Shown: positions 13,401-27,140 of the stretch, one piece after another | How positions within the stretch are numbered: position 1 is the first letter of the stretch | Layout of the letters: each line of letters opens with the position of its first letter | Source: Dicyema japonicum | Lineage: Eukaryota; Animalia; Dicyemida | Direction of reading: 5' to 3' | DNA: 64,000 bases | Assembly: GCA_011109175.1 (NCBI GenBank) | Contig: RDEW01000010.1 | Span: 789,837-853,836 of the forward strand | The notes under the pieces: generated by a model | Seen by the model: the letters and a program-made list of their open reading frames with translations, nothing else | The model's database searches: none | Told to the model about the DNA's origin: nothing | Made by a program: the position numbers and the translations under genes

Positions 13401-14879
13401 TATTTATTAACCCCCATTATCATAAGTGTTAACCCGCATTATCATAATTCATCATAATTTATTTAATTTATTAATTTTTTTAATTTATTTATTTATAATA
13501 AACAACCAAAAATAAAGATCGGAATTCCAATTTTTTTCCATAACAAAGATTTTTTAATTTCTGGTTCTGATAGCCCCTATAGGAATGTAGGCAGAAGATC
13601 CTGAAACATCTCTTCACAAAAAAAGTAAATAACTAAAGTCTTTTAGTTAAGAGGCCAGGGTTGCCTAAGCGTTCCTTCTGATCAACACCATTTCTATTAT
13701 TTAAAAAAAATCGTCTAGATTTATAATAGTTAGCTTGGGCTTAATTGGAATACATTTGCTGGATTCCATGCACAGGGATTTGTACAAAATGAGGAAGAAT
13801 ACAATTATCTTAAAATTAAGTCAAATGAAAGTGAAATGAGGTTGATAGTGAAGGAACTTCAGGAAGAAGCCGCTAGAGGAATGAACAAGATTCAGAACTA
13901 ATGCATCCAGTTTTATTATTGTATCTAAAGTTTCATCATAAATGAAGTTATGCCAATTACTCCACATGCATATTTTCAATGCCACTAAAAGTATTCTTTT
14001 TATGTAGTTAAGACAAGTGATCCTGAACATAATTTCTTTGCGACAATGTTATATGTAAGATTTTAAATCAATATGAATGTTTTTGAAAATGTTAGAAAAA
14101 TAAAGCCTTCCGATAAGGAGTGGTAGTGTTTCCATTACTTAAACCTCATCTTAAGCAGAACTCGCACTTTATTTTAATACAGTAATGTTAATTAATCCAT
14201 ATCCGAGACATTGAAAGTGTTATTGCCTTCTCGTTTTTTTTCTGTGTGAGAGTTCCAGAAGACAACTCAGTTCCGTAGTGATCCTTATGAAATCCTCCAT
14301 AATGAGGTTACACGATGTCACCATATCCATATGAATAACATGCCAAAAAAGTCGCCATGTGGCATATTATAATCATAAAATGTGACATTTTTTATTAAGA
14401 TTCAGACTTGATGGAAGATGAATAACTAAAAATCATCATTTTTTAGTTTTTGGAGATGGTATCAGTTCCGTGACCGTCTTGGAATTTCCATCCTCCTCAG
14501 CAATGCTCGCAGTCTCAAGCAACTGGTCTGTGGTTTGTTTTTTGCCTAATAATAAATTTGATTCGTTTAAGAGCTAGTCAAACTCTAATTAAGGTATATC
14601 TAGTTCACACGGTCGTATTGGGATACTTCTTAGCATCAAGTCCACCAATATCAGACATTGCGAGGACCTCTCCATTAGAGTAAGTAATAGGTAGACCATT
14701 TAGCATGCCGGACATGCACTGGTGTCTCCTGAGACAGGTGGATCATTATGGCAACTCTTAAGGATTTGAGGAAGGCATGCAGCAGAACGGAATCCTACGG
14801 CCAAATTTGTAGCGGCGCTAGAATCGAATCAAGAGCTAGTCGCGACAGCACAAATTAAATTGGTAACACTAACTATTTA

Positions 14880-15200
14880 ATTTATTAACCCGGATACACC
14901 GAGAAAGAAGTTAAAGTAAACAACTAATTAAGTGTATCCAGTTTCCACTTCTACAGAAACAGAGTCCATCCGGAATCAGCATAAAAGGTAAGACGTCCAT
15001 TACATGCAGTTGTGGAAACCCCTCCAGTGGAGTGGGGAAGAGCAAATGATCCTTTTTCGTGCCGGCCTGGCACTGAACGCCATTTAAACAGGTAGATCAC
15101 ATGATGCCACTCTAATAGGAAGAGAGAGGAGGAACAGACAAGCAAGCAGAAAACTTCAACCAATTAACCACGCAGCACTACATGGCGCCACGCGGCTATA
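14880..15200 (-). mobile_element. SINE-like family B copy
   Basis: Block aaaggatcatttgctct..ccactggagggg...ggatacac..gtgtatcc..taataaa recurs at about 27840-28080, 42520-42830 and 54795-54965. Confidence 0.75.
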
Positions 15201-15617
15201 ACTATTAATCTCTATTTAAATCAAATATAAAACATAATAATTATTTTATCAGTTAAATATGATAAAAATTTGACCACACCTCTGATTTGACAACAAAGTC
15301 CACCTCTTGTTGTTCCGCCTTTGATTTCTGCGCCACACCAGATGTTCCTGACGGATCTCTTGTCCCTCTTAGCAATTGCTTTCCTGTTATCCACTGGTTT
15401 CCTTCACTTGAAGGAACAGGGGGGTATATAAAAAATAATAAATTCTAAGCTAATAATAAAATATTCATATTCTCAGAAACAAACTAATGATTTGATCTCA
15501 GGACAGCAATCCTAGAATACTTTCAACTAAATTGCGGTAAATTTTTTAAATAACAAATAAAAGTAAGAATTTCCAAAACACAATAATATTAATACATCCA
15601 TTATTACGAGAATGATA

Positions 15618-17969
15618 TCAGTCAGCAAGGCAGAGAACAATTCCAACCCGACTAGGCACATAAACCTAAATATGATGGTAAAATCACCATAATAGAACAT
15701 GGTTGGCCATCATAATCATCTTTCTGTGATATTATAGGAACAGAATGATCTATCCTGTCATATCCCCCGTATTTGGACTCATCAGAGTCGAACACTATTT
15801 TGTACCTTTAAATAACTAACAAATAAACATTCCAAGTTTATGAACCCCCACTTTGTAGTTCGAAAAACTTTTCGTTGGATGGAAATTGAAAACAAAAACC
15901 AATCCGGCACGAATAAACGAGATTATCTTATCAGCGTCATGATGTCGAGTCACATAAGCATGCAACTAATACAAATGAATACTGGCTCAGAAGCTAACAA
16001 TTTGAACGTCTCGTCGAGCTCGTTCTTGTCGCATTCAAACTTGTTTAACAGCTTATAACGCAAATTTGGGTCGTCAACCAAGTTAAACTGTCGTCTGGCA
16101 TAGTGGTAGCTGTTACAGTTGCCAACACGTGGAAAATCCAGCCACTCTGGATGCCCGAACTCATTGCCTAGTCTCATTTATTACCAGAACCTATAAAACT
16201 AAGGTACCCTTCCCCTCCAAGAGCGTGTGTTAGGAGACGGATTAGTTTGTGTAATGCAATTCCTCGATCTGTGATAAATGAAGGAGGTTGGAGGATGGAC
16301 ATGTTGGAGTACATTTCCTTGTCCATCAACCAAAATGCTATTGTCTTGTCCCCCACAATAGCCTGGTCGTGGGATTCTGCGTAGGCAATGTGTTTCTCTC
16401 CATATCTCAATTAAACAACTCCGCAAACCTTCTATTTGAAAGAATGTGGAATATTTTGTCCATATCCCATTCGTCATCACGTGTTTCCTTCAACAACTAC
16501 AAGAATGATGAAATCCAAGACCTTAATCCACATATCAGGGATCGCCATAGCCAGTCTATAGTCAAACCCAATCCCTCCTTCTTCCACTGGACGACACAAG
16601 GTGGGCATTCCAGAGACATCCTTCCATTTAGTATTCATCTTACTTCAGCAATGGTGACAATAAAGTCGGGATAAAGCTTATGGAGAATGAAATTAGCAAT
16701 CATAAGGTACAACAGCGATTGCATATCCGTGTTGTCGCTAAAATACTCGTCATAGTGACCCGAGAAACTATGACCGATTCCATGGGAGTGATATAACATT
16801 GAAGTAACCCCGTCAAAGCGGAATCCATCAAACATGTATTCTTCCACCCAGAAACGAATATTCGACAATAGAAAACGCAAAACTTCCATGCTAGTCAAAA
16901 AATTTAACTGAAAGACAACTTTTGATAGTCGAACAGTCGACTGTCCCACAGGTTATGGTATCCCTCACCCCCAGCTTTAAAAAAACATGTGTCTGATCCA
17001 TCAAACATATTCAGCCCGTCAGCAACGTTCTGCGAGGCATGACTGTGCACTAAATCAAGATAGACTTGAATTCCCATCTCATGGGCCGAGTCAATCATCT
17101 CCTTGAGTTCATCCGGAGTCCCAAAACGGCTGTCATAAAGGTGACTCAAGAAACCTGGAAGCAGCAAAGAAACTGGTGACTTGGTAGCCAAAGGAGCATA
17201 GTACGCGTGTTCCATGATTGCCATGATTTGTATGGCATTAAAGCCTAAAATGAGAAGTAAAGTAACCTAGTTGTTTTATTCTGGAAGCATATCAGTCCGG
17301 AAGTTGTTGTAGGTTGATATAGAACAATTTGGGGAAGCAATCCCGATATGACATTCGTATATTCGAAGAGAAGTCGGTCGTGGGGGATGACCATACTTCA
17401 TTTTGTAGGGTGTTGGGGGATTCCACAAAAGATGCTGATAGACGATGTCTCCGTTTAGTGTGTTGACGTATTTGGCCCACGGATCTAATCTGTCTAGGTA
17501 CACTCCAGACCACGTGACCACGCCCAACTGAGGTTAAAAATTATTGAATGCCTTAATATTACTCAAATGCCTTGTTGGATTCCAAAATCCAGGAATACGA
17601 ATGCTAAACCTTCCACATTGTGTTTGGTGAATGGGTTTGATGTTCTATTCCAGTCATCTAGCAATTATTAGGGTAAATACTGAAATCTCCTATCAAATAC
17701 AGTTCCATAGCATGTGGAGCCCAAATCCGAGCCACCAAGTCTCCATTTTCCAGAATATTTATGCCAAAGTCTTTATAAGAGGTGGTAAAGCGATTTAATC
17801 CGCCTGGGTTTTTCTTTAAATTCCGAAAAAGTTCAACAAAACAGATATATCTGAGAATCTAGGAGTAATATGAAGACCTTCTTCTTATGGCTTCTTTGTA
17901 GTTCTCCAGATATCCGTCAATCTTAAAGAGATTATCAATAAATGGTGGAGAAAGTGAAGGCAGGTCCAT
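15618..17969 (-). CDS. GBE1: 1,4-alpha-glucan (glycogen) branching enzyme
   Basis: [45 protein letters not shown]([14 protein letters not shown])[73 protein letters not shown]. Introns 22-35 nt. One 1-bp deletion near 17195. Confidence 0.95.
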
Positions 17970-18069
17970 TCTTTAGACGAATTAAATGATTGTCAGAATT
18001 ATCAATAACTATTAATCTATTTAAAAAATATATTTAAATATATAATAAATAATAAGATTATATTATACT

Positions 18070-18592
18070 GTTAATTTGATTCCTTTCAAAAAATACCAAA
18101 GGATCCTTGGGGTGACTTTTGACATGCATATGTCATTCTCGCTCCATGTTGAAAACGTAATTACGAAATGCGAAAAGAAAACCAATGTTCTGAAATGCCT
18201 GATAGGCTTATGGAAGATCGAAAAGAATTCTGTTTTGAGCACTGTATATAAACGATTCATTGAACAATGCATCTCTTATACATGTGGTATATGGGCCCAC
18301 TAATCGCTTGGACGAATGTCTTGAATATCGAAGCTAGCCGGGAAAGATTATCCAAAATAACGGAACGCTGGATTTCTGGAGAGTTCCAGCCACCATTGCC
18401 ACTTGAAGCCTTGATACGAATGAACCATGGAACGCGCCGTCGTGACTGCGAAGTTCCAGTCACTCGACCGATACGTGCTTGTGTGGGGTCGAGATAGGAG
18501 CATCCGGTCAAGATGAGGTCCCTGCTAGAGCGTGCTGGGATAACGTGGTTAGTTAGTTTGTGTAACCGTGGTCTCTGGTGTTATTATTATTA
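18070..18592 (+). mobile_element. 3' fragment of the Ingi/Vingi-like LINE with (TTA)n tail
   Basis: ILGVTFDMHMSFSLHVENV...KTNVLKCL and a terminal ggtgttattattattac. Confidence 0.65.
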
Positions 18593-19309
18593 CAAATCAA
18601 TTATTCAAATTGTCAATTTTTATTCTCATGGCTTGACGAGTGACACCGTCATCAGTAATATCTCACTGCGCTATTGGATTGTCTATTGGGATTTTTACTT
18701 AGCCAAAAAGAAAATAAGTTAAGAACATCCTTGATGCTTAGGCCCCCTTATTACCATTAATTAACATAATTTTTTTTCTTTGTAAAATAAAATGCGCTTC
18801 CTCAATAAGGGGAGATTTAGTGGTGAAAACATTACTTCTCTTACGAAAAGGGCTATTTATTTTTTCATTCAAAAAACTGGAGAATGTTTGATTTCAGTCC
18901 ATTATGATGTCAATAATTCCAATGACTGAACTAAACTCTCTATTAGTACTCAATTATGAAACAGTAAATCAATTTTAGAACAAATTTTGCGTGCAGGCTA
19001 GAATAGGAAGTAATATTATACTTGATAGTAAACATACCAGGCTACCCGCTGAGTTATGGGTAACCTACAAATTTTAAGCCTGTTTAATAGCCAGTATTTC
19101 AAATGATTGTAATCGGACTCTTGTGTTTAACATGAACTTGCTCATATAAAGACAATTAAATGGGTCAAAACTTGAACCATTGAACGTGCCAGAACAAGTT
19201 CTAAATTATATTATTATCATTAACAGGTTCTATAATTATATTAGTGTTGACTCCGAATAACAATATTTGTTAAAATTCTTCCAATTTTTATACATTAAGA
19301 ACAATACAA

Positions 19310-19560
19310 GTACATCATCAGTTCAGCCAATTAATCACTGGCTAAGCAGTAATTAGAACTGTGACCTGTAAGCAAAGTTGCTAATTGGTCGGAATGTTGA
19401 GGTGGTGACGCACATCTACTGCATGAAATAATCTAAACAGTTTTATGCTGGATGAAAAAAGCCCATATATTCCTTTTTTATGAGCATGGAGAAGATTACT
19501 TACTCAGGAGACATGGAAACCTGATGTTCTAAACCAGTGTTTCTCAGAAGCGATTTTTAT
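19310..19560 (+). repeat. Unclassified dispersed repeat E (CCAAT-containing)
   Basis: Colinear blocks catcagtt(c)agccaat, ttggtc.gaa.gt.g.ggt, gatgaaa(aa)gccc, ttcctttt..tgagc and actcagga are shared with 52433-52720. Confidence 0.5.
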
Positions 19561-19659
19561 TGATCAGGGAGAAGATTTTTTAATTAAGAATTTTTTAATT
19601 ATGATATATCTACGAATAAATTTATTTTAAATAATTTAAATAACAGAGTGCAACTTTTT

Positions 19660-19920
19660 GGTGGGACCTGCTAAAAAATAAGAGAATATAGAGAACTATT
19701 TATCATATGGTTTTATTCAAAATCCAAAGGATCCACTTAAACTTTTGTCTTTGAAATGTTGTGTTGATTTTTCCAACGAAGCGATGAAGCAATCTCGCTC
19801 ATTAGAACATGCAAACGCAAGCATCATTAATCACTAGGAAAAGATATTGATTTTTTAGAAGTTTAAACTGAAAATTATAAAATTAATAAGAAGCGGAATA
19901 ATTTAAGTATCTGCGAAAGA
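19660..19920 (+). mobile_element. hAT (Buster/Charlie-like) transposase N-terminal relic
   Basis: Degenerate YLSYGFI...P...C...FSNEAMK.SR..EH..KH, resembling the Buster/ZBED5-type zinc finger. Confidence 0.5.
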
Positions 19921-20039
19921 GGGGACATCAGAGTAGCCCTTATTAACCTTTACCAAGGTCAAGGGTCACATTAACATTTTTTACAAAAAATACTAATTAA
20001 TTATAGCATTACTATCTATAGTTATTATAGGGGGTGTAT

Positions 20040-20645
20040 TCGAAATTAGAGTTGACTCGTCGATTTTGACAGAAACAAAAGTCCAATACAATAAACCTGA
20101 TATTTTCGTGTATGACAAAATAAAGAAGGAAGTAACGTTAATTGAAATGGGGATTACCTCACAAGACCGACTAAAGCAAGTTGAAGTTGAGAAACTTCAC
20201 AAATATGACTTGCTAGCAAATGAACTTTCGCTTCTCTATGAATGCCAAGTGAAGATTATTCCAGTGGTTTTGACATGGGATGGAGTTGTCTCAAGATGCT
20301 TCAAGAATCATATGGATAAATTATCTATTGAAGAATCAACGAGGACTTACATCCAAGCGGTTGTGCTGAAGAGAACGCTCGAAAGTATGCTCATTGAACA
20401 TAAGCATGGGATGAAGGTATACGATGAAGAGTACGCCTCTACTACCTCCCAACTTGTGGAACTGGCATGCCGTGAAGACAGCCATTGGACTCTAACGGAG
20501 ATATTTTGACTGAATCTGATGTGGAGATGCGGAGTAACAGGGAGGTTATGGCACACTCTTCTTCTAAGAGAAGAAGAGGGATTACCAACAATCTGGATCA
20601 AAATACGCTTAATTAATTAATTAGTTAATTTATTCGTTATTATTA
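20040..20645 (+). mobile_element. 5'-truncated R4/NeSL-like retrotransposon with 13-bp target-site duplication
   Basis: ORF 20066-20509 has KPDIFVYDK...EMGITSQDRL...EKLHKYDLLA. ATAGGGGGTGTAT flanks it at 20027-20039 and 20646-20658. Confidence 0.85.
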
Positions 20646-20859
20646 ATAGGGGGTGTATATTTTTTCATAGGGGCGATACTAAAAAATTGGGAAAACCTGT
20701 ACTAAACACGGAAGGAAGAGTCGGGTTCGATCTTTTCCACCCAAAATTGAAAAAACCTGAGGATCACCTGTCAGGTTGTCAGGACTTGGAGGATCACTTC
20801 TCCTTGGTTCAAGGTTGTCAGGATTTATAGAGTTGCAATTTGAAATATTAAGTTAACAG

Positions 20860-21165
20860 TAGCTTAAGTATTATGACTCCCGTGAAAGGGTTGAGCAATA
20901 TAACGAGTGCCAGGAAAGAGGCATGATGGCCCCTAGTTAGAATCTTGTTGCTCTACATTCTGGTTGAAGGTTCCACGCATCCACGATGCTTTGAAAATTT
21001 CAGCGCGGAACAGATTCGTCTATCAAGGAGATACACGCAACGAAAAGAAAACAGAAGCTGAGAGCATTTCTCAGCTCTCCCCCTACTATTAACTGTTTTT
21101 ACTTGACTAAAGTGTGTGTTTCGTCTGGGCGGAGCTGTAGCTAATATATGGCTCTGCGTAAGTCA
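20860..21165 (+). mobile_element. SINE family A, variant A2
   Basis: Core gaaggttccacgcatccacgatgc and tail aaagtgtgtgt..ggagctgtagctaata.atggctc. The head resembles the family's own 3' end. Confidence 0.7.
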
Positions 21166-21774
21166 GATTTTTTTAATTTTAGTGAAAGGGTTATTATTAG
21201 AATGCACAAAAATGTTAAAGCTCCGAACACTGGTCACTACTCTGAAAGAAGTTTTCTAATTCTTAGCAGAAATACGGGAAAACTGACCACTATTCTGAAA
21301 GGAGGAAGGATAGTTGGTATAAATGCTTTTTTCCTACAAAAGAAGAAAAAGCAGCATTTTCCACCGGAGTTAGTTATTATGTTCATTTTTAAAAACACTC
21401 AATCCTGTGGAAACTCTCAATTTCTAAGTGAGGGATTGTTGATACCATTCTCCTAGAAGATACTTTGAGAGCTCGTTTAGTGTAAAAATTCCACGATTTA
21501 CCGTTTGCAATATTCTGTCGAAATTTAAACGGATCCGAAAAATAATTCAATATTAAATAGGGACGAATTGAGCATTTTTGAGATTTCTATTACCTGACCT
21601 TTCAATTCTGTCGGTAAATTTTGTAAAAATGGAATTTAAGAATAAATAATTACCCAAGCCAGTAATAATTTGATAAAAGAAAAACTTGAAAAGTTGAGTT
21701 AGTCTTTGTCCGAAAAATTCTGACATTTTCGAATGAAACATGAAAATCAGTATTTTCTTAATAAATTTTATTTT

Positions 21775-21999
21775 GAACTCGTTAAATACGTCGACCTTCC
21801 CGATGATGTCAAATTTGTTCCCCTTGCTATGGAGACTTCCGGATCCTACTCCCCCTCTACACTCGAGTTTTTCGGACGTCTTGGAAACCGGATCACCTCA
21901 TGCACTGGAGATCTCCGTGAACGCCGCTGGCTATTTGAGCGAATTTCGCTCGCAATTTTGAGAGGGAACAGCCACGCAGTGAGGGCGGCAACTACCTGA
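21775..21999 (+). mobile_element. CRE-like 3' end fragment
   Basis: KYVDLPDDVKFVPLAMETSGSYS...ERISLAILRGNSHAVRAA, nearly identical to the 3' end at 6542-6760. Confidence 0.85.
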
Positions 22000-22029
22000 C
22001 TTCTATTGTTTAAAAAAAATTGTGTATAA

Positions 22030-22260
22030 AAAAAAGAGCAATGAAATGGAATAAAAATTCCAAAGACCATAATAAAACCAAACCGCTGCAGCAGTGACCT
22101 CATCTTGACCCAATGCCCCTCCATCAAACCCTACAAGCACATATAGGACGTAGAATCAGATGCTCATAGTTTTACGGGAACCCCTTCGTTTCTTACAGAT
22201 TAGAGATTCGAGAGGAGTTGGTGAGGAGTTCTTTCCGGAAGTGATCTCGTGATATGGGGA
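22030..22260 (-). mobile_element. Ingi/Vingi-like LINE 3' fragment, tail-to-tail with the CRE fragment
   Basis: Terminal block gtcaagatgaggtcactgc...ggtctttggaattttt..catttca. Confidence 0.55.
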
Positions 22261-22959
22261 TATTTCTCATATTACGGCATCGGTGATTTAATTTTAATTG
22301 TTCAAATGAAGAATCAGGTTAACATAGTCAATCTTTAAGTAGGACAATGTTTAGGAAGATTTTCTGCTAACAAGTATGAAACCCTAGAATAGGTTCTGCA
22401 ATCTCCAGATCTTTTCCTATTGAACATTTATGGGGAAAGACAAAAACCGATTGACTGAAACCGTTCCAAAAATCTAGGAGAGAGAGATAAAATTCGAGAA
22501 ATGGTTTAAAAATCGTTTAAAATAAAAATAGTTTATATTTTAAAACTAATTTCTCTTCCTTCCCTTTGGTGGCGTTATTAGATCCACTTTACTAATAAGA
22601 CGGCCAATCCCTGGGCGGCATTCAAAAGGATTCATCTATTTATTCCACCGGGAGACAATTTCGCTCACTGACGACGAGTTCTGGAATCGATTTCAGCTTC
22701 CGGACATCGCTTTTTGGATCACTGTGCTTGGGTGAGGATTCTGCGAAACGCGTCAGGACCAATGAATTAGTTAGTTTAGTTTTACCCTTGGTCATTAGAA
22801 TAATTTAATAAAGTGGTTAGACATAGAGTACCTTGGAGGCCGATTTATCAAGATTTTACTAAGACAAACAACTCGGAAATATTCGTCAATTTCCTGCATT
22901 TACAAACATTATCTTTAGTAAGACCAGCAAAAACAGTCACAACTAATCAATCCAAGGAA

Positions 22960-23310
22960 GGAACCCAAAAGAGAACGTCTGCTCGTAAACCAAGTCCATT
23001 ACAGGCTTCCACTTCAGAAAAGAGGTAAATAAGTGGGTTTCGCCTCATCTAGTTTCATCACACGTCTTCCCGTCGCGGACATCACTTCATTCTTCGGCGG
23101 AAGAGTTTTCATAATGATAATCTTCACTGTGGATTTGGTCAAGGAGAAGGTCAGGAAGACCCCTTTCAACTAGTGTGTCGTGCTAGAAGGACTCGTAGTC
23201 TCAGGGTGGGATCTGTTTGACAAGAATTAATCTTCGGTGAAAACTCAATATTTCAAATTCGAACCCACGACTGTCAGATCTGATGTCACCAGAAGTTACT
23301 CTCAGCCAGA
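22960..23310 (-). mobile_element. tRNA-headed SINE family C copy
   Basis: Minus strand has gtcgtgggttcgaa (B box) then tgaccaaatcc..gaagattat..atgaaaac..ttccg..gaagaat.aagtgatgtccg. Homologous to 33170-33510, 39850-40140 and 48560-48830. Confidence 0.7.
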
Positions 23311-23519
23311 GATCCAGTGTTAATAATTTATTAAAACAATAAAGGCACGCAACTTGTTGTGGTGTTGAAGAGAAAAGAAAAAAATCAGAAGAAGATGCAG
23401 CAAACTGCAAAAAAGATGATATTGCAAAAAAATGCAACATAAGAAACAAAAGAAAACGGTAATCCACTTCACGGCCTGTTCGTGTGGCTTCCTTATGTTT
23501 TGTGTTGGAATGACTAAAG

Positions 23520-24740
23520 AGCCCTGGCTGTCTTTCCGATTAACATTGTCAGTCATGCCTCCTACCAGATAATACGACATCCTCGGCTCTATCAGAACCG
23601 AATACTTGAGCCATCCGAACAGTCCTACGCAGCATTTGTTGAACGACACCCATTTCCCCCAAACGACCATCGGATCCCATCTCGCCTTGGAAAATAACCT
23701 CATCTACTTGTTTCTGAAGAAGACGTAAATGATGGGATTCTCTCTTTCGTCCTTGATGGGCTCCTTCCGAGGAACCTTAAAACTTCATTGCACGGGCAAC
23801 TTTGACGTCCAGATGTGTCGACTATCACCAAACTAATGAACAGGATGCTTTCAGGACACGACCAAATGCAATTCGACACGTAATTTTCTCCGCAAAGTTA
23901 ATCGCTTTCGATAAAAGGTGAGGAGGAATACGCTCTATTGCTGTTGGCTTGTTTTCCGTCGGGTGATCTCAAAGCTCGTATGCAGAGTAACCTTGCAACA
24001 CATCTACAACCAACCCAAATACTCCCGGGACTGTGAATCAGCAATTCATGCTGTCCGTATATTCCTTATGTAATTGTCAAAATTGATATCAAAAACGCTT
24101 CAACATGATACAATTTTTGAGGATTGTTTTACATTCTGCCCATCACCGTACAACTATGTTCATAGCTCATATGGAAAACCATCCAGCTTGGTCCACGGTC
24201 ACCAAAGGATTTAGCGCGCCCTTCGTATCTTATCTTCCTTGTGCTTTACTCAGTTGTTGATAAAAATGATTCTCCAACTTCCAGCAGAATCGTCGGAGAT
24301 CAGAGATTTGGAGCATCTGAGAGTCAAGATGCCTGAATAGAAAGATCCTTACATGTCTATCTCCGAAGATAAACATGAGAGGCTTCTGATCAATCAAACC
24401 AAAACCGACATGCCTGTCTTGTCACTGGAAGATCTTGTGTAGACACGTTCTCAAGCACGAATATTTTCAAATCGGTTCAGACACCTAGAGCAGCTGCTTC
24501 GACTGCGGAGAACCTAAAAATCAAGAAATATTCTTGCCTCGGGGACCGCTACCGATTTACTCCTGTTGCGACCGAATCATCTAGAGCCGTTGGTCCAAAG
24601 ACGGCTGAGTTCTTGCGAGAACAAGAGGAATGCTTGCCAGAAAGAAAAGGATCAACGAGAAGGGTTATGGCTGAGACAAAAGATTGGAATGGCCATACTC
24701 CGAGGGAACTCGTTTGATCCAGCAGCCGGCTTCTCAACTA
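23520..24740 (+). mobile_element. Degraded CRE-like retrotransposon (RT to 3' end)
   Basis: KLIAFDK..GGIRSIAVG, CESAIHAVR, KIDIKNA, then KKYSCLGDRYRFTPVATESSRAVG...IGMAILRGNS. Confidence 0.75.
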
Positions 24741-25599
24741 ACATTTGTTTTTTTGTTAAATAATTGTCATTTTTCATCCAAAAAAATTTAGTAAAATAAA
24801 AATTAAATAAAAAATATTTTAATATTCAAAATAGAAAATAAATATTTATTTTAATTTTTATTAATTTTAACGTTAATTTAATGAGTTTCTCATTTGGGCA
24901 TGGAGTAAATGAATATTACGAAGCATGCTTTAAAGAAATAAAAGTATCACAAAAAACTTACCTTGTATCAAATTTAAATAATAAAATTTTTTTATTTAGA
25001 AAAATTTAGGAAAAATAAATTCTCAATCAATGTAGTTTTTCCATAATAATTTCACAGAGAAGACTCTCGGAAGTACGTTCAGAATTTTTGGCGACGTGGG
25101 ATTAATACTAACCGCCTAAAAGTTTGTGTCTTCATTTTTTAGAATATTGACTACTTTCAGCAGCACTTTTAATTTAATCTTAATAACAATTGACTAAAAC
25201 ATAGCTTATTTATTTCTCCATTATTATTAAGTTTAATACGTCACTAGTATTTAGGAAATAATCAATGAAGAGATCGTCCATTTGTTAAGTCAAACTTTTG
25301 CAATCAGGAATATTCGGTCTGAGTTCCTCTGTGGAATCTTTTGATTAGCGGTAGGAACAGCCGAAACCCGAAAATATCGAAAGAAGTTCACATTTCCTCA
25401 ATTTCTGCTAAAAGAGGAGCGCTGTGGGTGCAGGAAATCATTTGAACCATAGAGGAACATTATAAGAATCTCTGTTGTGGAATACCGCGATCACTTGATT
25501 GGTTGGTTTAACTTTCGGAGTTAGATAATAATAATTTAGTGGTTACAGATCTGAATGTATTAAAAAATGCTGATTGGGGGGTATAATCCAGATGGTTAG

Positions 25600-26400
25600 T
25601 TAGCTAGTTAAAAGCTCCTTCGCGTAGCCCTAAAAGGGTTTCGCTTGAGCCATGCTTTACAGCCATCCTCCTCGCCATCCTCGCCCACGCCATCTTGTTT
25701 CTGGCACTCATTCGATCATCATCCAGGTTGTATGCTGTAACCAATTTACAACCGATTACTTCGTAATCATCTTTTAAGCAAACTGGAAGTGTATTTATGG
25801 GTCTGCTTTGAAATCCGTTACTTCCGGCGCAGTAGAAATATTTTTCCATTATTTTGTTACACGGCGTAGTCGAGTTTAGTTTAAGAATATGTCCAAATAA
25901 TTGACATCTCTATAGAATGACGTCCATGCTAATTAGTGTAGATTTACATAGAGCATGTAGTTTCTCGTTTGAGATATTTCTCGGCCAGAAGATTCCAGTC
26001 AATTTGCGCAGATGGCTTCTGTGGAAAATATCTAGCCTCTCTAAATCGTTTTTTGAGGTTCCCCGTGTTCCGGAATTGTATATTAGATTTGGCTTGATAA
26101 ACGTGTCGTATAGTCTGACACGAAGTTTCAGTGATACATTCCTCTTTCTTATCCAAATGTTGTACATTTTTTGAAGTATATTGTGGCCAGCATTTTCCTT
26201 CGACAAATATCCCCGGCGTCACCTAGTAGTGAGCCGAGTTTTTTTTGTATGTCTCCAGAGTTCGTCATTTCTTGATATGGGTCGTTCGATTCGCGTGTAG
26301 TCCGTTTTTGTAATATTTATGCGCTGATACCATTTATTTAAAATAGTTTCGGTTTGGAGTAAAATTTGGTCAAGTAGGCTAATCCAGATAATGAGAGCAT
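25600..26400 (-). mobile_element. RTE/RTEX-like LINE C-terminal fragment
   Basis: RVRLYDTFIKPNLIYNSGT...LERLDIFHRSHLRKL.GIFWP..ISN..L and YF....SRP..TLP..LKDD...R..ARNK..W. Confidence 0.7.
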
Positions 26401-26537
26401 GTACCCATACAGTTCTGGATTTAATCTTTGGTCAGATATCTCCGTCGGTTTCTTTCCATTTTTTTGAAGCTGATATCTAATACTTTTGATAAATATAAAC
26501 AAATTTTTCTACCTATTTGTTTTTTGTAATTAATATA

Positions 26538-26671
26538 TGTCACCGTCCGCACGTGGAACCTCGCCGAACTCCAAAAAATTACACCATTCAACTCAGAAAA
26601 ATCTGAATTATCCAGAGAACTAATTTTTATTTTTATTATTTCTTGTGGAGTTCCACGTACGGACGGTGACA
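26538..26671. mobile_element. MITE with 22-bp TIR, TGT...ACA ends and 5-bp TSD
   Basis: Left TGTCACCGTCCGCACGTGGAAC and right GTTCCACGTACGGACGGTGACA (1 mismatch). ATATA lies on both sides. Confidence 0.85.
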
Positions 26672-26929
26672 ATATATTCTTTGGAAACGTTTGGAGTGTT
26701 TGTCTTCAGCAGCATAGAGTTTGCAGGAACAATCGGCCGACTTGCAGGAATATGGAAGAGTGAACCAAGAATGACTAATGGTTCTTCAAAACATCGGATT
26801 TGAGGAATAAAAATCCGTTCTGAGTATTCTAAAATATAAACTTAACGACCCATTAAAATACTCTTTGGTTATTAATATGCGGTTTTAATTAAATCTCAGT
26901 TACCACATAATCATTGAAAATATAATAAT

Positions 26930-27140
26930 ATAACACTGCACTTTACGAAGAGCCATATTAGCTATAGCTCCTCCCAGACAGGACACACACTTTAAGAACA
27001 GTTATCATAACTAATCGATTAGGGAGAACCAAGGAATTATCCTCACTTCTTTTTTCTTTTGTTGGGTGTGAGTCCTTTTGTAGACTATGTAGTTCCGCTG
27101 TGAGATGTTCACTGATGATGGAGTCACTCATCAAGTCATT
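26930..27140 (-). mobile_element. SINE family A, 5'-truncated
   Basis: Reverse complement of the A core hairpins and the aaagtgtgtgtcc..ggagctatagctaatatggctc tail. Confidence 0.75.
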
